DNA of 16,434 nt from Cyanobacteria bacterium J06626_4 (GTDB lineage Bacteria > Cyanobacteriota > Cyanobacteriia > Phormidesmidales > Phormidesmidaceae): assembly GCA_038523235.1 (NCBI GenBank), contig JBCBJQ010000124.1:1-16434 (forward strand), given 5' to 3'. The notes below the pieces were generated by a model. The model ran no database searches, was not told where the DNA came from, and saw nothing but the letters and a program-made list of their open reading frames with translations. The position numbers and the translations under genes were made by a program. Position 1 is the first letter of the stretch; each line of letters opens with the position of its first letter. This document shows, one piece after another, positions 1-7,415 of this stretch.

Positions 1-738
1 CCTTTATGAAACGAGGCATTGTCACAGATAATGACACTACCCGGTGCCAGAACGGGCAGGAGCTTTTGCTCTAGCCAGGTTTCGAAGACTGAGCGATTGC
101 AGTCGCCCTCATAGGTCAGGGGTGCGACCAGTTGGTGTTGATGCCAAGCGGCTATAAAACTCACGCGTTCGGTGCGATTGCCGCGGCGCTCGGCGGTAAA
201 GCGCTCACCTTTGGCACACCAGCCATAGGCATCGTCTTCGGTATTATTGATGCCCGCCTCGTCGAGATAAACCCGTTGGTGGGCCTCGAATGGCGCTAAC
301 TCGCTGTCGTAGACTTGGCGTTTTTCCGGGTCTCTTTCGGCGGAGAGATAGCTCTTTGTCTTGGTGCGCGTTCCCTAGCGCCGGCAACCGACGCGGGGTC
401 GCACCGCTTTTTCGCGTGAAGCCAATCCGTTTGAGCGCTCGCCCAATGGTGTCTTCGCTAATCTCCTCGGGCCACAACTGGGCCATCTCGGCCTGGGTCT
501 TGTCCCCATGTGTGGCCGCAAAAGCGCGAAACGCCTGCCAGTCAGTGATCTTGTGACTATGGCCCTGTTGATAGCCTGGCTGGGCGGCAACCTCACCGCT
601 AACGCGATACCGATTATGCCACTCCGTCAAAGTGGTGGTGCCAATGCCCATTAACCGACTGACAGCGACTTTGGAATGCCCCGCTTCGAGCGCGGCGATC
701 GCTTTCTGGCGCAGGTCAAGACTATAGGGGGCAGGCAT
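1..738 (-). pseudogene. IS630 transposase, interrupted by a 50-bp insert at the OrfA/OrfB junction
   Basis: OrfA runs 738 to about 408. The DDE frame KSYLSAERDPEKR...YLDEAGIN...DNASFHK runs from about 357 to 1. The insert at 358-407 puts a TAG (375-377) in the DDE frame. Confidence 0.85.
358..407. mobile_element. 50-bp hairpin insertion (very small dispersed repeat-like element)
   Basis: Minus strand GCGGTGCGACCCCGCGTCGGTTGCCGGCGCTAGGGAACGCGCACCAAGAC. Nested stems are GGTGCG/CGCACC, CCC/GGG and GCGTCGG/CCGGCGC. Removing it rejoins AAAAA and AAA into an A8 run between FTRK and KSY. Confidence 0.8.
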
Positions 739-787
739 CGGCAGGGCTCACCCACTTTAACCGACCTGACCTTTCTACGGATTGCTA

Positions 788-1162
788 TATCTCTTCAACA
801 CCATATTTCGGGACATCCATGAATTCATTGAACCGGGCTTCATTGAACAGGTGATGACCGGCACCTTCAACGGCATTCAAATTACCGAACCGTTGCTGCT
901 GTTGGGTGGTTTCGTTGCCGAAGTGCCAATTTCCATGGTTCTCCTCTCTCGGCTATTGCCCTATGGTGCCAATCGTTGGGCCAATATCATCGCCGCTGCA
1001 ATCACCCTTGCGTTTGAGATCAACAATGGCACCACCGATTTAGACGATATCTTTCACATGGTCATAGAAATGGCCGCGCTGTCATTCATCATTTGGTCGG
1101 CCTGGCGGTGGCAGAGTCTAGTTCTCAGGCAACCGGCGATCGCTCAGGAAGTGTCGTCATAA
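788..1162 (+). pseudogene. DUF6326-like membrane protein, 5'-truncated by IS630
   Basis: YLFNTIFRDIHEF...EVPISMVLLSRLL...NRWANIIAA resembles DUF6326 proteins. The sequence begins in the middle of a hydrophobic helix at the TA target (TAT codon 788-790), and the listed TTG start at 782 lies inside the IS end. Confidence 0.7.
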
Positions 1163-1207
1163 AATTTGTTGTCCAGACATTTACCAATCTGATAGGAGAA
1201 CATCACC

Positions 1208-1705
1208 ATGACTGATGAACACAATTCTCTGCTGAAAGCATCAGACATCAATTCAATGGATGCGTTTGAGTTTCATCATCCGCTCAATCCCAATTCGGAA
1301 ATTTATTTACGGTTTCTTGGGCGTGCCGTCGGTCTAAAGCGCATTGGTGTGACGATCGCTCGCGTACCACCGGGCAAAGAATCTTTCATTTACCATGCTC
1401 ATCAGAATGAAGAAGAATGGGTTTACATCTTGTCAGGTCGAGGAATTGCAGAAATCGGCGATCAGGAATACGAAGTTGGGCCAGGAGACTTTATGGGATT
1501 TGGGCTGCCTCAGCAGCCTCATCATCTTCGTAATCCATTCAGTGAAGAGCTTGTATACCTGATTGGTGGAGAAGCAGGACGCTTTGATGTTGGTATTTTT
1601 CCTCGGCTGGGTAAACGACTGATTCAGGATGGTGAGTCAGTTTACATATTTGATGAGTCAGCGCTTCAACTTTTTTGGGACAGTGAGCAATCTGCTGAGG
1701 ATTGA
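1208..1705 (+). CDS. Cupin domain protein
   Basis: Cupin motifs PGKESFIYHAHQNEEEWVYILSG and GPGDFMGF...PHHLRN; AGGAG ribosome-binding site upstream. Confidence 0.92.
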   Translation: MTDEHNSLLKASDINSMDAFEFHHPLNPNSEIYLRFLGRAVGLKRIGVTIARVPPGKESFIYHAHQNEEEWVYILSGRGIAEIGDQEYEVGPGDFMGFGLPQQPHHLRNPFSEELVYLIGGEAGRFDVGIFPRLGKRLIQDGESVYIFDESALQLFWDSEQSAED

Positions 1706-1766
1706 TGTCTGTTGCTGAGTACGTTTCTGGCGGCTACCAGTCTGAGCTGTCAAAGAGAGGAAACCG

Positions 1767-2294
1767 ATGAACAAAGTTGCTGTATTTGGGAATGCGGGCG
1801 GTGGCAAATCCACTTTGAGCAAACGGCTGGCTGACATGACCGGCTTGCCCTGGATGCCGCTCGATTCCATCCAGTACCAAGCGGGTGGCGGCGAAGTGCC
1901 CCACGCTGAGTTCAAAGCGGCCCATGATGCGCTACTGAAGCAAGACCAGTGGATCGTGGATGGCTTCGGCTCAATGGATACCTTATGGCCGCGTTTAGCC
2001 GCAGCCGATACCCTGGTGTATCTTGATATGCCTGTGCTGCGGCACTACTGGTGGGTGACGAAGCGATTCCTGCAAGGGGCTTGGGTATCGCCTGCGGGTT
2101 GGCCGGAGGGGAGTTCGTTATTGAAAGGGACGTTGAATTCCTACCCTACCGTCCGGTTGTGCCATGCCAAACTGACGCCCAAATATCGAGAGTATGTGGA
2201 GCAAGCAAAGGCGACCAAGCAGGTGTATCACTTGCGATCGCGCCAGGACATTGCCCAGTTTTACGAGACCATCACCGCACTACCCAGGAGTTGA
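1767..2294 (+). CDS. P-loop NTPase, adenylate kinase-like / topology modulation protein (FlaR-like)
   Basis: Walker A GNAGGGKST, WIVDG and ADTLVYLD motifs; GAGG upstream. Confidence 0.88.
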   Translation: MNKVAVFGNAGGGKSTLSKRLADMTGLPWMPLDSIQYQAGGGEVPHAEFKAAHDALLKQDQWIVDGFGSMDTLWPRLAAADTLVYLDMPVLRHYWWVTKRFLQGAWVSPAGWPEGSSLLKGTLNSYPTVRLCHAKLTPKYREYVEQAKATKQVYHLRSRQDIAQFYETITALPRS

Positions 2295-2297
2295 ACC

Positions 2298-2942
2298 ATG
2301 ACTCAATCAATCAAATTTTGGGACAAGGCCGCCGAGAAATACGCTAGGCAACCCATTGCCGACGAAGCCGCCTATCAGAAAAAGCTGGCGGTTACCCGTG
2401 ACTACTTTCGACCCGATATGGAAGTGCTGGAGTTTGGCTGTGGAACCGGCTCGACGGCCATCCTCCATGCGCCCTATGTCAAGCACATCCGCGCCATTGA
2501 TTTCTCAAAGAACATGATTGCGATCGCCCAGACGAAAGCCGCCGCCCAAAACATCCAAAACGTTACCTTTGAGCCAGCCAGCATTGACGACCTGAACGTC
2601 CCCGACAGCACCTATGATGCCGTATTGGGCTTGAATGTTTTACACCTGCTCGAAAATAAGGAAGCGGCGATCGCCAAGGTCTACAACATGCTCCAACCGG
2701 GCGGACTTTTCATCACCAGCACCGTCTGTCTGGGGGATACGATGGCTTGGTTCAAGCTGATTACCCCCGTGGGTAAAGCCTTGGGACTGTTTCCGTCGGT
2801 CAAGGTCTTCACGGTAAAAGACTTAGAGACAAGTTTGATGGATGCGGGGTTTGAGATCGATTACCGATGGCAGGCGGATGATTACAAATCGCCCATCGGT
2901 AACGCAAAAATCGTGTTCACTGTGGCCAAAAAGCCGGCATAA
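2298..2942 (+). CDS. Class I SAM-dependent methyltransferase
   Basis: VLEFGCGTG motif I, IDFS, YDAVL and LQPGG; AGGAG upstream; starts 3 nt after the previous stop. Confidence 0.93.
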   Translation: MTQSIKFWDKAAEKYARQPIADEAAYQKKLAVTRDYFRPDMEVLEFGCGTGSTAILHAPYVKHIRAIDFSKNMIAIAQTKAAAQNIQNVTFEPASIDDLNVPDSTYDAVLGLNVLHLLENKEAAIAKVYNMLQPGGLFITSTVCLGDTMAWFKLITPVGKALGLFPSVKVFTVKDLETSLMDAGFEIDYRWQADDYKSPIGNAKIVFTVAKKPA

Positions 2943-2948
2943 ACGACC

Positions 2949-3617
2949 ATGAATCTGACGCTAGATCACGTCTTTATATTGGTTGAGCCGGCAGCTAAGG
3001 TGGGAGATCGGCTGCTGGTCCATGGCTTTCAAGAAGGGCCTAGCAATACCCATCCCGGTCAGGGCACGGCCAACCGCCGCTTTTACTTTGCCAATGGCAT
3101 GTTGGAGCTGATCTGGGTACGGGATGCCGAGGAAGCTCGCAATGGGCCAGGTCGCAACCTACACTTTTCTGAACGCGCTGAAGATCCTACTGCCTCCCCG
3201 TTTGGTGTCATTCTTGTGCCCTGTAAAGACAATACCAGTCCTGATATGCCCTTTCCTGGTTGGCATTACCAACCTGACTACTTTCCATCCCCAAAAGGGT
3301 TCCATGTGGGGGCAAATTCCCACAACATTGCCGAACCGCTCTGTTTCTATTTCCCGTTTCACGATCCGGGAGTGCCCCGACCGCAACCTGAACGCAATTG
3401 CCAGAGGATTACGGAGGTGGTCATTTCTACCCCCTCGACTGATACTCACGGGGTGTTGGCCTTGGCCTCAAAGTGCGTTGGCTTGCCTGTGCTTTGCACG
3501 TATCGCCTATTCATCCAATCAGCTCGTGAACATCTGATGGAAATCACATTGGATCATCGTGCTCTGGGGCACACCCAAGACTTTCGACCCGCAATGCCAC
3601 TCATTTTGCACTGGTAA
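2949..3617 (+). CDS. VOC/glyoxalase-like family protein carrying an 8-aa in-frame insertion
   Basis: LDHVFI, HPGQGTANRRFYF and LELIW are typical of Glyoxalase_3-like proteins. Confidence 0.88.
   Translation: MNLTLDHVFILVEPAAKVGDRLLVHGFQEGPSNTHPGQGTANRRFYFANGMLELIWVRDAEEARNGPGRNLHFSERAEDPTASPFGVILVPCKDNTSPDMPFPGWHYQPDYFPSPKGFHVGANSHNIAEPLCFYFPFHDPGVPRPQPERNCQRITEVVISTPSTDTHGVLALASKCVGLPVLCTYRLFIQSAREHLMEITLDHRALGHTQDFRPAMPLILHW
3478..3501. mobile_element. 24-bp SDR5-like insert splitting a HIP1 site
   Basis: GCG[TTGGCTTGCCTGTGCTTTGCACGT]ATCGC. Removal restores GCGATCGC. The insert has two mini-hairpins, GGC-TT-GCC and GTGC-TTT-GCAC. Confidence 0.78.
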
Positions 3618-3695
3618 CTGTAGTAGAGTATCCAACTCATTCACGACTTTTTCTCGAATGCCACGAGGCAGGCAAGCTCTCAATAAGGAAGCGAC

Positions 3696-4142
3696 ATGGT
3701 TGTTTTAGTTGTACTACTCAGCGTATTTACTGTGACTTGGGGACTGTTAGCGATCGCCCAACGCCCCCACCAGATTCGTACTGCTGGCTGTATCGCTTTT
3801 GCAGCTTTGTTCATTTTCACAGGCATCAGTCATTTTGCGCTGGCCGCTGGCATGGTGCAGATGCTGCCGGCATGGGTGCCAGGTCGTTATCCCATCATCT
3901 ACATCACTGGGATTATGGAAATTCTTTTGGGACTGGGCTTTTTGTGGCCATCTGCCCGACGCACATCTGGTTTGCTAACGTTTGCCTTCTTGGTTGCTGT
4001 CTTTCCGTCTAATGTTTACGCTGCTTTGAACGCCGTTGAGTTTGGTGGCAATGTCAACGGCCCTAGTTACCTGTTCTTTCGTGTGCCCCTACAATTTTTC
4101 TTGCTGGGGTGGGTCTGGTGGATGGCGGTGCGCCGCTATTAA
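3696..4142 (+). CDS. DoxX-like integral membrane protein
   Basis: FIFTGISHF, MLPAWVP, YITGIMEI, AVFPSNVY and RVPLQ motifs; several hydrophobic helices; AAGGA upstream. Confidence 0.85.
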   Translation: MVVLVVLLSVFTVTWGLLAIAQRPHQIRTAGCIAFAALFIFTGISHFALAAGMVQMLPAWVPGRYPIIYITGIMEILLGLGFLWPSARRTSGLLTFAFLVAVFPSNVYAALNAVEFGGNVNGPSYLFFRVPLQFFLLGWVWWMAVRRY

Positions 4143-4322
4143 TGGGTTCGATCCCGCGCTTGTAATAAAGTGTCGATCCCGCTGGACGCTAGTAGGACGT
4201 GAGATCGTTTGACTATGGCAGTGGTTGAAAGAAAAGGCCATTGCCCGCTGTCGCTAGCGGTTTAATACCAGTTCGACAAATTACAGCTAAGTAGCTGGGT
4301 CAAATCAAGTGTGAAACCGGTC

Positions 4323-4397
4323 GCTGATTTCGACTCCGCTCAATCAGCTATATTGCTTGCCAAGTCAAACGTTGAGGGTTGAGCGGAGCCGCAACCC
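4323..4397. repeat. Inverted doublet of REP-like palindromic units
   Basis: GCTGATTTCGACTCCGCTCAATCAGC (4323-4348) and GGGTTGAGCGGAGCCGCAACCC (4376-4397). Each is self-complementary at its flanks, and the cores are reverse complements at 14 of 17 positions. Confidence 0.7.
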
Positions 4398-4559
4398 GTC
4401 TGCAAGATGCTTGTGCCTGATTTCTTTGATGATTTGCACGACTCGTTTTCCGACGCGAAAGGGTTTACATGAGCGGAATTGAGAGCCCCTAAAGGCTCTC
4501 AACGGCCAACCAGATTGCTGCTTTCAGTCACTATTTAAAACAGCTGATAGAGGGCTACT

Positions 4560-5063
4560 TCACAATTGAAAAAGTAAAACAATCAGCAGAACCGATGCCA
4601 GGCTGGCAAAAGGTGTTCTTACTAAGTTCCATAGAGTCCAGCGGGGTTCGAAATCCATGCGAGCCGCCTTCAGGGCCACTGTATCCATGGCATCCACGTT
4701 CAGCGCTTGGAGTCGATTGTTGAGCGGCACGTTAATGGTGAAGGTGGATAATTGAACCCCCAGGAGGTAAATGAGAGGAGCCGCGATCAATATTAGCCGC
4801 TGAGTGCCAGCCAGTTGTCCGAAGCCTAGCCCCGCCGCCACTATCGATGCCACCACGGAACCCAGCCAAACGGCTACAAATAGCGGCTGATTATTCTGAA
4901 TGACCCCGTCAATCACCTGAAACGCTCGGATGAAGTCGCGATCGCTCAGTGTTTTGATGCCGGGCATGACGACGGTGGCAAAGGCAAACAAGAAGCCTGC
5001 CACGAGAGAACATAGCAAAGTGGCCAAAATCAGCACAATTTGGAAGGTTGCTTCAGTAGACAT
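4560..5063 (-). CDS. DUF1772 / anthrone oxygenase family membrane protein
   Basis: LVAGFLFAFATVVMPG, TFTINVPLNNRL and FEPRWTLWNLVRT motifs; AAGGA upstream. Confidence 0.92.
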   Translation of the reverse strand: MSTEATFQIVLILATLLCSLVAGFLFAFATVVMPGIKTLSDRDFIRAFQVIDGVIQNNQPLFVAVWLGSVVASIVAAGLGFGQLAGTQRLILIAAPLIYLLGVQLSTFTINVPLNNRLQALNVDAMDTVALKAARMDFEPRWTLWNLVRTPFASLASVLLIVLLFQL

Positions 5064-5280
5064 GGTTCAAGTTCCTTAATTTGGAAAGTTAGCAATTGAG
5101 AATGACGAAGTATTTGGAGGAATGAGGATTGAATAACTCCACAATTCTTGCTCCCTCTCCCAAGCTTGGGAGCTAATCCTGTAGGGGGTTTCTCCAAAAA
5201 ATGATGCAACCAACCTTTCAGCCTCCTCAAGGGTGAGCGAAATCGCTGCTTCCCACTGGTTCAAGCATCTTAGAGAACTG

Positions 5281-5368
5281 GTCGGGTAGGCTTCCTAGCC
5301 TGCCGCCATTACCCGTTTGCTCAAACGCGATGAACGACTCAGGACGGCCAGGATGGCCATCGAACAAG
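5281..5368. repeat. Second, more degenerate REP-like inverted doublet
   Basis: Hairpins GGTAGGCT-TCCT-AGCCTGCC (5285-5304) and GACGGCCA-GGA-TGGCCATC (5343-5361). The reverse complement of the second unit aligns loosely with the first. Confidence 0.5.
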
Positions 5369-5557
5369 AGTAGGCTTACCCCATTCATGTCAGCACACTT
5401 CAAACCCTTACAAGATGAGGCTGGGGAGAGGCCCATTTCAGGGCTTAATTTGGTTGGCATTCCGGAGTGATTGCCCCGGTCGCGCACGAGGGAATCCGCG
5501 ATCGCGCGAGCGACTCAACCGATTCCCTTGCCGTGTCGATTTTCAACAGCAAGCAAT

Positions 5558-6187
5558 TTAGTAAGACAAGCAGGGTGCCTGGTAAAGGGAGGACTGATCC
5601 GAGAGTTGCTTCAGAATGAAATCAGCCACGTCGGCCCGAGAAATCTGGAGCGTGATGGTGCGATCGTTGCTGGGGAAGCTGTAGCGATACTGCCCCGTCA
5701 GCGGGCCATCCGTCAGCGCCCCCGGACGCACAATGGTCCAATCTAAATTGCTGTTGCGCACCAGCGCTTCCTGCCGTTCATGGTCGGCAAATACCTGGCG
5801 CAAAATGAAGCCAAACATGATGTACTTCCAGTAGAAGTCGAGGTTGCTCCAGCTATCGCCCGTGCCTAGGGTCGATAGGCAAATCAGTCGACGCATTCCG
5901 ACCTTTTCCATCGCTTGGATAACCTGTTGGGTGCCCTCTGAGCGAATGGTGCTCTTGAGCTTTTTGCCAGCACCCAGCACACAGACTACGGCGTCTTGTC
6001 CCTGGATGGCCTGTTCCACCGCCGAGGCATCCATCACATCCCCTTGGGCGACGCTGAGTTGAGGATGTTGGATATCGAGCTTGGTTAGATTACGGGCAAA
6101 GGCGGTGACCGTGTGTCCTTGTTCTAAGGCTTGCTGAACGACCTGGCGGCCAACAGTACCGGTTGCACCAAAGATTACGAGTTTCAT
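5558..6187 (-). CDS. NAD(P)H-binding atypical SDR (flavin reductase/BVR-B-like)
   Basis: MKLVIFGATGTVG Rossmann motif, LDWTIVRPG and ISRADVA. Start moved to the ATG at 6187, which has GAGGA upstream. Confidence 0.92.
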   Translation of the reverse strand: MKLVIFGATGTVGRQVVQQALEQGHTVTAFARNLTKLDIQHPQLSVAQGDVMDASAVEQAIQGQDAVVCVLGAGKKLKSTIRSEGTQQVIQAMEKVGMRRLICLSTLGTGDSWSNLDFYWKYIMFGFILRQVFADHERQEALVRNSNLDWTIVRPGALTDGPLTGQYRYSFPSNDRTITLQISRADVADFILKQLSDQSSLYQAPCLSY

Positions 6188-6241
6188 GGATTGATTCCTC
6201 AATGAAGACATCCATAGCCTACGAAGACTGCTTTGGCGGCG

Positions 6242-6277
6242 CTTGCCATTTTTTGCGGGACTGTCACTTTCTTGCGG
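6242..6277 (-). promoter_or_regulatory. Putative tandem AraC-type operator upstream of the reductase
   Basis: Direct repeats CCGCAAGAAAGTGACAG and CCGCAAAAAATGGCAAG (12 of 17 identical, 19-nt period), followed 20 nt later by a -10-like TAGGCT (6221-6216). Confidence 0.5.
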
Positions 6278-6405
6278 TAACTTGTGAGACCGGCAGGTAA
6301 CCCCTAAAATTGAGGAAAATTTCAACCTGCAGAGAAAAGTCTGAGACGTCCCGGTAAGGCCCTGCCAGGAGATCGCTATCAGCACCGTGACGATGCCCTG
6401 AACCG

Positions 6406-7293
6406 ATGGCTCTTGCTCAATCCCAGACAACCGATTCATTCCCTGAAGACTCGCATCCCAGCGAGTCAGCTCTAGTCCTGGGAACCGAGACAATTCAGAT
6501 TGAACAGCTGCGATTTCCGCCAGGGGAAGGCGATTTTTGTGCTGAAGCGGCCCACACGCTGTTTGTGAATCTGACGTCGCGTCCCCAGTCTTACTTACAA
6601 AAGCAGGATGGAAAAACCCATACCGGGCTATATCGTCACGGCGATATGTTGATCACCCCTGCCAATACACCGCTATTTGTGCGGTGGGAAGGAGATGAAA
6701 ATTGCCTACAGATTCAGCTGCCAACATCCTTCCTGAAGCGAGTTGCAGAGGAAGCCCTAGGAAAGGACGGCGATCGCTTCACTTTAGTACCGACCTTTCA
6801 AAGTCGAAATCAGCAGCTGGAAGCAATCGCGGCGCTGTTATTGGCAGAAGTGCAGCAACGTCAACCCAACGGTGCGCTGTATCTAGACTCACTGGCCAAT
6901 GTGCTGGCGATGCAGCTGCTGCGCAACTATGGGACGACCTCAGCTCAGTTGCCAACTTATGAAGGTGGGTTGCCGACTTATCAACTCAATCGGGTACTCG
7001 ACTACATTGATGCTGGATTGACCGAGGAAATCAAGCTGTCTAATCTGGCAGAATTGTTGGGTATGAGCCCGTTCCATTTCGGACGCATGTTCAAGCAGTC
7101 CACGGGAATTTCGCCCCATCAATACGTGATTCAGCAGCGGCTAGAACGCGCTAAGCATCTACTGAAAAATAGCGATCGCGCCATTATCGATATTGCTCTG
7201 GACTGTGGATTCACCAGTCACAGTCACCTCAGCAAGCAATTTCGCAAAGTAATCGGGATGACACCGAGAAACTTTAGAGGTCAAAAGGCTTAA
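6406..7293 (+). CDS. AraC-family transcriptional regulator
   Basis: C-terminal double HTH LSNLAELLGMSPFHFGRMFKQSTG...IALDCGFTSHSHLSKQFRKVIGMTP. Confidence 0.96.
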   Translation: MALAQSQTTDSFPEDSHPSESALVLGTETIQIEQLRFPPGEGDFCAEAAHTLFVNLTSRPQSYLQKQDGKTHTGLYRHGDMLITPANTPLFVRWEGDENCLQIQLPTSFLKRVAEEALGKDGDRFTLVPTFQSRNQQLEAIAALLLAEVQQRQPNGALYLDSLANVLAMQLLRNYGTTSAQLPTYEGGLPTYQLNRVLDYIDAGLTEEIKLSNLAELLGMSPFHFGRMFKQSTGISPHQYVIQQRLERAKHLLKNSDRAIIDIALDCGFTSHSHLSKQFRKVIGMTPRNFRGQKA

Positions 7294-7415
7294 GTCTGAG
7301 GTTCCAGAGCCACCGATCGCTACTTGTGTCGCAGGTTTTAACGGTAGCGCTCGTTCGCGGTTTTCTCAGGGACAGTGGTTTGAGGGCGCGATTAGTGCCC
7401 GTTGGCCGCCTGGTC

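Larger units (their letters stand above)
1..787 (-). mobile_element. IS630-family insertion sequence, partial (runs off the left edge)
   Basis: HTH-type OrfA (MPAPYSLDLRQKAI...IGFTRK) and a DDE frame (VYLDEAG...YGW...IICDNASFHK) on the minus strand. The minus-strand end reads TA|TAGCAATCCGTAGAAAGG, with the TA target at 788-789. The other end is outside the window, so the TIR is not confirmed. Confidence 0.9.

Noticed and set aside
244..407. C-terminal part of the 164-aa ORF as real protein
   Set aside because: It is read-through into the 50-bp insert and an off-frame reading of the DDE region.
5030..5487. Short minus-strand ORFs between the reductase and DUF1772
   Set aside because: Non-ATG starts, no motifs, and they run through repeat hairpins.
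6188..6493. 102-aa N-terminal extension of the reductase
   Set aside because: It overlaps the divergent AraC start and promoter; the Rossmann motif and SD point to the ATG at 6187.
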